Assembly (NCBI GenBank): GCA_039000165.1
Contig: JAWBTW010000014.1
Span: 1-17,944 of the forward strand
Direction: 5' to 3'
DNA length: 17,944 bases
From: Candidatus Aenigmatarchaeota archaeon
Lineage (GTDB): Archaea > Aenigmatarchaeota > Aenigmatarchaeia > CG10238-14 > SCSR01
Shown here: in pieces, positions 6,987-14,248 of the stretch
Layout of the letters: every line of letters begins with the position of its first letter
Position numbering within the stretch: position 1 is the stretch's first letter
The notes under the pieces: model-generated
The model's database searches: none
Told to the model about the DNA's origin: nothing
What the model saw: the letters and a program-made list of their open reading frames with translations, nothing else
Position numbers and translations under genes: made by a program

Positions 6987-7124
6987 CGCCGGGGCTGGGA
7001 TTTGAACCCAGAAGGGGCAAAGCCCCAGTAGGTTTCTCAGAATTCAAGTATCATCATTATTCAGATACCTCAGGCTTCTTCATTCACTCGAGCCTACCGC
7101 GTTACCTTGTTCCGCCACCCCGGC
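6987..7124 (-). tRNA. tRNA-Ser(CGA) with a 53-nt intron at canonical position 37/38 (intron 7034-7086)
   Basis: Acceptor GCCGGGG/CCCCGGC plus discriminator G; anticodon stem GTAGG/CCTAC; loop CT-CGA-G^A; long variable arm GGGGC-TTT-GCCCC; T arm CTGGG-TTCAAAT-CCCAG. Strict bulge-helix-bulge: CUCG/UGAG central helix, two 3-nt bulges, GAAU/AUUC outer helix. No encoded CCA. Mature length 85 nt. Confidence 0.96.
7034..7086 (-). ncRNA. Putative C/D-box methylation guide sRNA formed by the tRNA-Ser intron
   Basis: C box AUGAAGA (7083-7077), 12-nt guide AGCCUGAGGUAU, D' CUGA (7064-7061), AUA, C' AUGAUGA (7057-7051), 10-nt guide UACUUGAAUU, D CUGA (7040-7037). Confidence 0.8.
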
Positions 7125-7149
7125 TCTAATTAAAATTACTTTGCTTAAC

Positions 7150-7545
7150 TTAAAAATTGTATTCTACTAATTCTCTTAAATCTTTTTCTCCAAAGTAAAC
7201 CAAATGACTTTTACAATTGCAATCAGAAGAGCCAAATCTTTTCACTAAAATTTTTGCTCCAGGCAAGCTTAAAACTATTTTGTTTAGCCTGCACTCAATT
7301 CTTTTTTTGCTTTGAAACCCAACCAAATGAACAATTTTAGCACTTTTTCTAGCTAGCAAGTAATCTATATGCCAAAACTTTTTCTTTTTCTTCCTTTTAT
7401 GTCTTTCCACTCTAGCTTCCAGATTTTTAAGAGCAGAACCAGAATAAACATAAAAACCTTTTTTGAAATCAAAACTTCCAAGCTTCCCAACTTTAATTCT
7501 TTCATCTTTTTCAAGTTTAATGAAAAGCAAATAAGCGCCTTTCAT
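7150..7545 (-). CDS. DUF123-type GIY-YIG (Uri superfamily) nuclease
   Basis: GAYLL...GFYVYSGSA...RVERH...FWHIDYLL...EC...FGSSDCNCKSHL signature. Confidence 0.88.
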   Translation of the reverse strand: MKGAYLLFIKLEKDERIKVGKLGSFDFKKGFYVYSGSALKNLEARVERHKRKKKKKFWHIDYLLARKSAKIVHLVGFQSKKRIECRLNKIVLSLPGAKILVKRFGSSDCNCKSHLVYFGEKDLRELVEYNF

Positions 7546-7580
7546 AAAAGGAATTATTTATTTAACACTTAAAACTATTT

Positions 7581-7991
7581 ATGAAAGTTTTCCAAGAAGA
7601 GTTTGAGGTTAAAAGTTCAAGAAAAAGGGAAGTAATTGACATTACAGAAGAAATTGAAAGAATAGTTGAAAAAAGCAAAATAAAAAATGGTTTATGTCTA
7701 ATTTTTCTTCCTCATGCAACTTCTGCCATAATTTTTGAAGAAAATGAAGGTGGTTTAATAGAAGATATAGAAAAATTTTTAGAAAAAAATTTCCCGAGAG
7801 GAGCAGGCTATAAGCATGATTTAATAGATGATAATGCTGATGCTCATTTGGCTAGCGGTTTTATAGGACAATCGAGAATTTATCCTATAGAAAACAGAAG
7901 AATAGTAAGAGGAACTTGGCAGCATGCTCTTTTAATTGAATTAGATGGACCAAGAAGAAGAAGCGTGCATATAACAATAATTGGAGATTAA
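7581..7991 (+). CDS. yjbQ: YjbQ/UPF0047 family protein
   Basis: IDIT..I...V.KS....G....F.PHAT, HD...DNADAHL, GTWQ....ELDGPR.R motifs. Confidence 0.92.
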   Translation: MKVFQEEFEVKSSRKREVIDITEEIERIVEKSKIKNGLCLIFLPHATSAIIFEENEGGLIEDIEKFLEKNFPRGAGYKHDLIDDNADAHLASGFIGQSRIYPIENRRIVRGTWQHALLIELDGPRRRSVHITIIGD

Positions 7992-8863
7992 TTTTTGAAC
8001 AAATTAGCAATCAAATCAGCTAGAGAAATCTTGCTGAACTTTGTTTCTACGCTATCAGTAGAAATTATTTCTTTTATTCCGGCTTTTAAAATATGTTTTT
8101 CGCTTTTTCTGTCTATTAAAGCATGAGTAACTACAGCATAAATCTCATCTATGCAATTTCTCAATTCTTTAGCTACTGGTATTAAAGTGCTTCCTCCTGA
8201 AGCTAAATCATCAACTATAACAGCACGTTTTTCTCTTTTAATATTCTTTAGATTTTTCAAAGAAGTTTCGTCGAAAAACACTCTTCCATTTTTGTCTCTT
8301 CTTTTCTCTAAATTAACATAACTAGAATCTAAAACTTTTGCTATAGTTATTGCTTTTCTTTCAGCATTTTTGTCTGGTGCTACTATTAAAGAATTGCTTA
8401 AACCTCTTTTCTTCAAATAGTTTGCTATAACATTGCTTGGGTCTAAACTACCTTTGTAGAAGGAATACTTTTGTAAAACAATTTCAGAATGAGGGTCTAC
8501 AGTATACAACTCTTTTATTCCAGAACTAGATAAAATTTCTAGAGCAACTTCCGCGTTCCTGCTTTCATTTTTTAGTGGTTTATCCTGCCTTTGGAAAGCA
8601 AGATAAGGGATAACAGCTTTAATACAAGAAACCTCATTATTTAACAAAAGATTTGTTACAAAGCAAGTACGAACTATTGAACCAAATTGGTCTGGATAAA
8701 AGCTTTGAATGTAAACTATTTCTTCGTTCCTTAAATTTTTGTTCAATACATATTTCCCTTCACCATCTTTAAAAGGAATGTAAGGAATGGTAACACATTC
8801 TATTCCTAACTTTTGAGCAACTTTTGGGGCCAACTTTCTTGAAGTTAAAGTAACTACTTTCAT
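7988..8863 (-). CDS. prs: Ribose-phosphate pyrophosphokinase (PRPP synthase), divergent
   Basis: FKDGE, IPYLAFQRQDK, TVDPHS, APD, EKRR, IVDDLASGGST and VTHA motifs. ATG at 8863 chosen over TTG at 8866. Stop overlaps the yjbQ stop (TTAA). Confidence 0.88.
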   Translation of the reverse strand: MKVVTLTSRKLAPKVAQKLGIECVTIPYIPFKDGEGKYVLNKNLRNEEIVYIQSFYPDQFGSIVRTCFVTNLLLNNEVSCIKAVIPYLAFQRQDKPLKNESRNAEVALEILSSSGIKELYTVDPHSEIVLQKYSFYKGSLDPSNVIANYLKKRGLSNSLIVAPDKNAERKAITIAKVLDSSYVNLEKRRDKNGRVFFDETSLKNLKNIKREKRAVIVDDLASGGSTLIPVAKELRNCIDEIYAVVTHALIDRKSEKHILKAGIKEIISTDSVETKFSKISLADLIANLFKN

Positions 8864-8907
8864 CAATTTTTCTTATAAAAATTAATTTTAAATATTCTAA
8901 ACTAAAA

Positions 8908-10449
8908 TTGAAACTTGTGGAATTAAGCCTTTTGAGAAAAGATTTGATAGAGCCAAGAGAATATCAGCTTAAAATAGCTGAAACTGCAAGCAGAAGAAAT
9001 ACCTTAGTGGTTTTGCCAACAGGCACAGGAAAAACTTTAATCTCTCTTTTAGTTGGTTTACATAGATTGGAAAAATTTCCTCAAAGCAAAATCCTAATAA
9101 CAAGCCCTACTAGACCATTAAACGCTCAACACAAAAAAACTTTTGAAAATTTCACGAACATAGAGCCTGAAAAAATTGTTTTAGTAACCGGAAAAATCAA
9201 GCCAGAAGAAAGAAAAAAGTTGTATGAAGTTGGAAAGGTAATAACAGGCACACCACAATGTTTTCAGAATGATTTGGAAAATGGGAGGCTTAACCTAGAA
9301 AACTTCAGTTTCATAACTTTTGACGAAGCACATAGAGCAGTAAAAGACTATTCTTATACTTTTATAGCAAAAAAGTATATCGAGCAAGCAAAAAATCCTT
9401 TAATCCTTGCTTTAACCGCTTCTCCTGGAGGAAGTTTTGAAAGAATAGAAGAAGTAAAGAAAAATCTTTTTATAGAAGCTGTTGAAATAAGAAGCGAAAC
9501 TGATGAAGATTTAAAAAAGTATGTCCATCCCATTAAAAAAGATTGGGTTTATGTCGAGTTACCAGAAGATTTCGAAAAAATAAAGGTTTTGCTGCAAGAA
9601 AAATTAAAAGAAACTCTTGTTTGGTTAAGAGACCATAATTTTCTTCAAACTCTTAGGCCAAGCAAAAAATCTTTGCTCATGCTCCAAGAAAAGTTTAGCT
9701 TAAGAGTAATGGAAGGTGCAAAAAACTATATAGCAGCAATAATGAAGGTTGCAGAAGCGATAAAGCTTGAGCATGCTTTGGAACTTTTGGAAACGCAAGG
9801 AATTTCTCCTTTGCTAGATTTCTTTAGCAAGATAGAAGCAAGTAAGAAAAGGAGTGATAAGCTGCTAGCAAAAGATTTGAGAATAAAAGAAGCCATAAAA
9901 ATTGCTCAAAAACTTTATTCAAAAGGAATAGAACATCCTAAGTTAGAAAAACTTTTGTTTATAGTTAAAGATTTGCTGAAAGAAAATTCTTCTAACAGAA
10001 TAATTGTTTTTGCAAATTACAGAAGCACTATTGACAAGATAAATGAGACAATGAGAAAAAATGGAATTAAATCTGAAATTTTGATTGGTCAAGCGATTAA
10101 AAAAGGTAAAGGATTAAGCCAAAAACAGCAACTTGAAATATTAAAAAGATTTTTAGACTGTGAATTTAATGTTTTATGCTGCTCAAGCATAGGCGAAGAG
10201 GGGATAGACTACTTTGCCGATATAGCAATATTTTACGACGCAGTCCCAAGTGAGATAAGAGAACTGCAAAGAAGAGGAAGAGTTGGAAGAAAAAAGGCAG
10301 GAAAAGTTATTTTCTTACTAACAAAAGGGACAAGAGACGAGGCTTACTATTGGGCTGCTTTTCACAGAGAAAAGAAAATGAAAGGGATTTTGTATGATAT
10401 GAAGGAAAAAAGTAAGAAAAAAACTTTACTAGACTGGATGAAAAAATGA
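8908..10449 (+). CDS. Hef/FANCM/Mph1-family SF2 DEAH helicase lacking the C-terminal nuclease
   Basis: IEPREYQ, LPTGTGKT, FDEAHRA, LTASPG, HPKL, GEEGID and QRRGRVGR motifs; ends at 513 aa. Confidence 0.92.
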   Translation: MKLVELSLLRKDLIEPREYQLKIAETASRRNTLVVLPTGTGKTLISLLVGLHRLEKFPQSKILITSPTRPLNAQHKKTFENFTNIEPEKIVLVTGKIKPEERKKLYEVGKVITGTPQCFQNDLENGRLNLENFSFITFDEAHRAVKDYSYTFIAKKYIEQAKNPLILALTASPGGSFERIEEVKKNLFIEAVEIRSETDEDLKKYVHPIKKDWVYVELPEDFEKIKVLLQEKLKETLVWLRDHNFLQTLRPSKKSLLMLQEKFSLRVMEGAKNYIAAIMKVAEAIKLEHALELLETQGISPLLDFFSKIEASKKRSDKLLAKDLRIKEAIKIAQKLYSKGIEHPKLEKLLFIVKDLLKENSSNRIIVFANYRSTIDKINETMRKNGIKSEILIGQAIKKGKGLSQKQQLEILKRFLDCEFNVLCCSSIGEEGIDYFADIAIFYDAVPSEIRELQRRGRVGRKKAGKVIFLLTKGTRDEAYYWAAFHREKKMKGILYDMKEKSKKKTLLDWMKK

Positions 10450-10718
10450 TTGAAAAGTTAAAAGAAATAAGCCGATATACAAGAAAAATTCCTGAAAACT
10501 CAAATATAGAGGAAATTATAATGTTTGGAATAAAAATTTTAAGCAAGGAAGAAAATAGCAATCCTATTTGTCTAACTTCTGAGCTTAGGATGGAAAAACA
10601 AGGAAACTTTTTTGTTATTGGTTTATATCAAGAGTTTTCAAACTATTCAAAACTTGAAAGGATATGGGTTTTAGACGAGAAAAAGATAAATGAAATTTGC
10701 TACAATAAAAAAAGTTAG
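10446..10718 (+). CDS. Hypothetical protein (90 aa)
   Basis: ATGA overlap with the helicase stop suggests translational coupling; no recognisable motif. Confidence 0.55.
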   Translation: MIEKLKEISRYTRKIPENSNIEEIIMFGIKILSKEENSNPICLTSELRMEKQGNFFVIGLYQEFSNYSKLERIWVLDEKKINEICYNKKS

Positions 10719-11476
10719 TTTATTCTGTTCTTATCCGTGATTAAACCTTTAATTATAAATACAAAACCACCTAATAGAAGCACTATTGGAATTATTAAAG
10801 ATAGAAGAAGTATGAGCGGCGCATATACTGTTTCTAGAGAAATTATATTACCAACAAAAGACGAATTTCCTAAAAATAAAAAAATAAAAGCTGGTATAGA
10901 AAGAGATATTAAGATAATCCCGTAAATAATAAGTTTTACCTCTATGTTATCCACTTTTATTTGACTAGTAGGTCTAACTATTAACCTATCGCCCAAAACA
11001 CTCCTTATAATGTTAACATATTTGTTAAGAAGCTCTCTACTTATCCCTGTAGATAAGAATCTGTTCACTAATTTATATTCATAGTACCTTTTTTCGTCTA
11101 CAAAAATTCTTATAAGAGTAGACCTCCAAAAACTACCAGCTATTATTTCGATTTTTGTTATATTTTCATAAGCTATAAAAAAGTTTGAGCTACTTGAAGC
11201 AAGTAATTCCTGTGGGCTAGAGTTTTTCATATTTTCTGCTGCTTCTTCTACAAGTTTACGTATCTCTTCTCTAATGCCTCCTGCCCTAATTTTTATTAAA
11301 AAAGTACTTCCTACCATTGCGCCTGGGATAATGGCTTCTAAACTTTTGCCAATCATTTTAAGAAAACTAACAACTTCCACTATTATAATTCGATTAGTTG
11401 TAAAAACTATGTTGTAAATAGGAGTGTTAGCTCTATTCTCAATCGCGTTATCTATAACTCCAACTACTGATTCCAT
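10715..11476 (-). CDS. Hypothetical membrane protein, possible PH-like N-terminal domain plus two C-terminal TM helices
   Basis: YNIVFTTNRIIIV and FFIAYENITKIEI resemble prokaryotic PH-like strands; two hydrophobic helices at the C-terminus. Confidence 0.65.
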   Translation of the reverse strand: MESVVGVIDNAIENRANTPIYNIVFTTNRIIIVEVVSFLKMIGKSLEAIIPGAMVGSTFLIKIRAGGIREEIRKLVEEAAENMKNSSPQELLASSSSNFFIAYENITKIEIIAGSFWRSTLIRIFVDEKRYYEYKLVNRFLSTGISRELLNKYVNIIRSVLGDRLIVRPTSQIKVDNIEVKLIIYGIILISLSIPAFIFLFLGNSSFVGNIISLETVYAPLILLLSLIIPIVLLLGGFVFIIKGLITDKNRIN

Positions 11477-11540
11477 CTTTTTATAATCTGGATTTTGAAT
11501 TTAAAATTATTGAAGACTTGTGTTGCTCATAGTGAAAAAT

Positions 11541-11577
11541 CTTTATATTCTTGCAAAAAATCAAGAAATTAAGGTGA
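11541..11577 (+). promoter_or_regulatory. Promoter (TTTATAT), short inverted repeat and SD (AGGTGA) of the ERCC4 nuclease gene
   Basis: A-rich BRE-like stretch then CTTTATAT at 11541-11548; TTCTTG/CAAGAA at 11548-11553/11562-11567; GGTG 5 nt before TTG 11582. Confidence 0.5.
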
Positions 11578-11581
11578 AATT

Positions 11582-12226
11582 TTGGACACACAAAAAATCC
11601 TTAAACCAAAAGAAAAAATTCTTATAGTTTGCGATTATAGAGAAAAAGAGGTTATAGAAGAATTGAAAAAACTTGGAGCCTTAGTTAATGTTCAAAGTCT
11701 AGAAATTGGGGATTTTATCCTTTCTGAAAAAGTTTGTGTTGAGAAAAAAACTCATTCAGATTTTATTTCTTCGATAATCGATGGAAGAATATTCGAGCAA
11801 GCCTCTTTGTTGAGAAAAAATTTTGAAAAACCGATAATTGTAATAGAAGGTTATTCAAACAGAGAAATTAACGATAATGCCTTAAAAGCTGCTTTGGCAT
11901 GCTTGCTAATAGATTTTGGAATTTCTTTAATAAGCACAAAAAATTCTTGCGATACTGCCAAGCTTATCTATTGGATCGCCAAAAAAGAACAGAGCGAAAC
12001 AAAAAGTGAAGTAGCGATAAAAGTTGGAAAAAAACCTAAGGATATAAGAAAAATTCAAGAATTTATTGTTTGCTCTTTACCAGGAGTTTCGACAAAAACT
12101 GCTATAAAGCTATTAAAAAATTTTGGAAGCGTTGAAAAAGTTTTTAGCGCAAGTGAAGATGAATTAAAAAAAGTTTTAGGCAAAAAGGCTGAAAAGATTA
12201 AAAAGATTCTAAGCGAGAAATATTAA
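11582..12226 (+). CDS. Stand-alone ERCC4/XPF-family structure-specific nuclease with HhH domain
   Basis: IVCDYRE, LEIGDFIL, CVEKKT (ERKx-like), DF..SI.DGR.FEQ, IVIEG, and C-terminal SLPGVS...A..LL..FGSVEKV HhH. Confidence 0.92.
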   Translation: MDTQKILKPKEKILIVCDYREKEVIEELKKLGALVNVQSLEIGDFILSEKVCVEKKTHSDFISSIIDGRIFEQASLLRKNFEKPIIVIEGYSNREINDNALKAALACLLIDFGISLISTKNSCDTAKLIYWIAKKEQSETKSEVAIKVGKKPKDIRKIQEFIVCSLPGVSTKTAIKLLKNFGSVEKVFSASEDELKKVLGKKAEKIKKILSEKY

Positions 12227-12237
12227 TTGGTGTTTAT

Positions 12238-12744
12238 CTGACGAAAGGAATTATTGTTGGAATTGATATTGGCTTAACAGTTGGTATAGCAATTCTTGAC
12301 ACGAAAGGAAATGTTGTTGAATTAACAAGCAAAAAGGAAGCTAAAAAAAGTGAAATAATAAGGCATATTTTGAAATTTGGTAAGCCTTTGGTAATAGCTT
12401 CTGACGTTAATCCTGTGCCAAAAACGATAGAAAAAATTGCAAGCTCTCTAGGAAGCAGGCTTTATTATCCAGAAGTTTCCTTGTCAAACGTAGAAAAAGT
12501 AAAGATAATTCAAAAGTATGAAAAAATTATAAAAGATTCCCATCAAAAAGATGCTTTGGCCGCTTGCCTAAAAGCTTTCAAGCATTACCATGAGCTTTTT
12601 TTAAGAATAGAAGAGTTTTTGAAGAAAATAAATAAAAAAGAAATTTACGAGAAAGTTGTGGAAGAGGTTATGAAAAGTGAGAGCGAAAATATAGTTAATG
12701 CTACTAAAAAAATTTTGGAGAGAAAGGATGAAAAAAATAAATGA
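12238..12744 (+). CDS. DUF460-type RNase H-like-fold protein, probably starting at a CTG codon
   Basis: In-frame region upstream of 12370 encodes the family N-terminus IIVGIDIGLTVGIAILDTKG, followed by GKPLVIASDVNP and HQKDALAA. GGTG lies 5 nt before CTG 12238. Confidence 0.8.
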   Translation: MTKGIIVGIDIGLTVGIAILDTKGNVVELTSKKEAKKSEIIRHILKFGKPLVIASDVNPVPKTIEKIASSLGSRLYYPEVSLSNVEKVKIIQKYEKIIKDSHQKDALAACLKAFKHYHELFLRIEEFLKKINKKEIYEKVVEEVMKSESENIVNATKKILERKDEKNK

Positions 12745-13249
12745 AAGGCTTTTGAAAGTTCTTTTATTTTTCATAAAATTGAACATCTTGGTTATTCCTC
12801 TTTATGTCATAATTTATCTTGATGTTTCCTTTCCCCAGCTTCAAAACTTTTTAGCATCAAGCTTGCATTTTATTCTCTCGAAGTTTAATCCAAGTGTTTC
12901 TTTTAAAGATTATTATCTCTATGTTCCCTTTAAAACAGAAAAGGGTTTACAAGTAGAAACTTTCATTATTTCTTTTGACTGCACTGGATGGAAAACTATG
13001 TACTTGTTTTTTGCCTTGGTTTTGGCAACTCCTTCTGAGCTGAAAAAAAAGTTCAAAGTTTTAGTTATTGGTTTGCCTTTTCTTTTTTTCTTGAATTTCA
13101 TAAGAATTCTCACCACTATTCTTTTTTGCATGAGCTTTGGCTTACAATACCTAGAAGTCATCCATACTTTTCTCTGGAGAGAAGGTTTAATTCTAGTAGT
13201 AATAGCTATATGGTATATATGGTTAAAAAAGGAAAATATAATTAGATAA
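12728..13249 (+). CDS. Exosortase/archaeosortase-family membrane protein
   Basis: Polytopic hydrophobic protein with the Cys-Arg-His triad: DCTGW, NFIRI, VIHTFLW. ATG at 12728 preferred over 12698. Confidence 0.85.
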   Translation: MKKINERLLKVLLFFIKLNILVIPLYVIIYLDVSFPQLQNFLASSLHFILSKFNPSVSFKDYYLYVPFKTEKGLQVETFIISFDCTGWKTMYLFFALVLATPSELKKKFKVLVIGLPFLFFLNFIRILTTILFCMSFGLQYLEVIHTFLWREGLILVVIAIWYIWLKKENIIR

Positions 13250-13251
13250 AA

Positions 13252-14187
13252 ATGGATTTTGAAGCTTACCCTGAAAAACAAACCGAAGGTTTTAACCAAC
13301 CTGAAACTTTTGAAAAAAGTCAAGATGTTGAAAGTAGAATTTTATTTCTTGAAAGAAGGGTAGAAAGAATCCTTGCTGAACTAGAAAAAATAAGAGAGAA
13401 GCCTAATGTTGAGCAAATAATAGTAGATTTTCTTGAAGACTTAGAAAAAATCAAAAAAGAGTGGAAAAAAGAAGAAGAAAAAATCAACTTCATAAAAGGT
13501 TTTATCGAAGAATTTGATAGAAAAATTGAAGAAATAAGAAAAATTGATATAAAAGGTTTTGAAGAAAAAGTTGAAATGCTAAATCAAGCTTTAAAAAAGC
13601 TGGAAGAGCAAAAAAAGATGATAGAAGGGGTATACGATACTATTTTTTCAACAACAAAACCTTTAAACGAAAGGATAACTGTAATAGAAAATGAAATTAA
13701 AAATCTAGAAGCAAAATCATTGGAAATAAAAGAATTTGATCCTTACAAAATAAATGAGTTGGAAAACAGAATGAATTCTTTAGAAGAAGATGTAAGGAAA
13801 CTAGGGTCAACTCTTTCCTTGGCATCATCAATAGAAAGCAAAGAATTAGAAAAAAGGGTGGAGGTTTTAGAGAAGAAGGTTTCAGGAATAGAATTAGGCT
13901 TGAGTAGTTTCACTTCAGAAGAAACTAAAAGTGGCGCCCCGCCAGAAGAAATTGTCAAGAATTTTTCAACTTTAAACTCAAGGATGGACGAGATTGAAAA
14001 GAAAATCAAACTTTTAGAAGAAAGTTTTGAAAAAAGTTTGAACGAAATCAAGTCTTCCTTCCAAGCGGTGAAAGAAGCAAAAAAAGCTGAGCTATTTTCC
14101 TTAGTTGAGGAAATGTCAAAAAAGATTTCTAACCTAGAGGAAAAAATAGAAGCGAAAAAGAAAGCTGTACCTATAGTAATAGAGTAA
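13252..14187 (+). CDS. Long coiled-coil protein (311 aa)
   Basis: E/K-rich heptads throughout; repeated R-h-x-x-h-E motifs; no TM segment. Confidence 0.8.
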   Translation: MDFEAYPEKQTEGFNQPETFEKSQDVESRILFLERRVERILAELEKIREKPNVEQIIVDFLEDLEKIKKEWKKEEEKINFIKGFIEEFDRKIEEIRKIDIKGFEEKVEMLNQALKKLEEQKKMIEGVYDTIFSTTKPLNERITVIENEIKNLEAKSLEIKEFDPYKINELENRMNSLEEDVRKLGSTLSLASSIESKELEKRVEVLEKKVSGIELGLSSFTSEETKSGAPPEEIVKNFSTLNSRMDEIEKKIKLLEESFEKSLNEIKSSFQAVKEAKKAELFSLVEEMSKKISNLEEKIEAKKKAVPIVIE

Positions 14188-14208
14188 GGTTTAAAAGCTT
14201 ATTCTGCT

Positions 14209-14235
14209 ATAATTATCATAATTATCATAATGATT
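14209..14235. repeat. Three tandem 9-bp units ATAATTATC/ATAATTATC/ATAATGATT between TATA and SD
   Basis: Read directly; TTTAAAA at 14190-14196 and GAGGTGA at 14236-14242. Confidence 0.6.
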
Positions 14236-14248
14236 GAGGTGAAAAAAG

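Noticed and set aside
6987..7030. tRNA 3' end as integration site of a mobile element
   Set aside because: No duplicated tRNA fragment, integrase or transposase is visible in the window.
6399..7545. NDT plus GIY-YIG as an anti-phage defence pair
   Set aside because: DUF123 is a common archaeal housekeeping-context gene, the two are separated by a tRNA with separate promoter-like sites, and no other defence genes are adjacent.
12241..12309. Direct repeat ACGAAAGGA at 12241 and 12301
   Set aside because: 9-bp in-frame coding coincidence (TKG twice); no element between them to suggest a target-site duplication.
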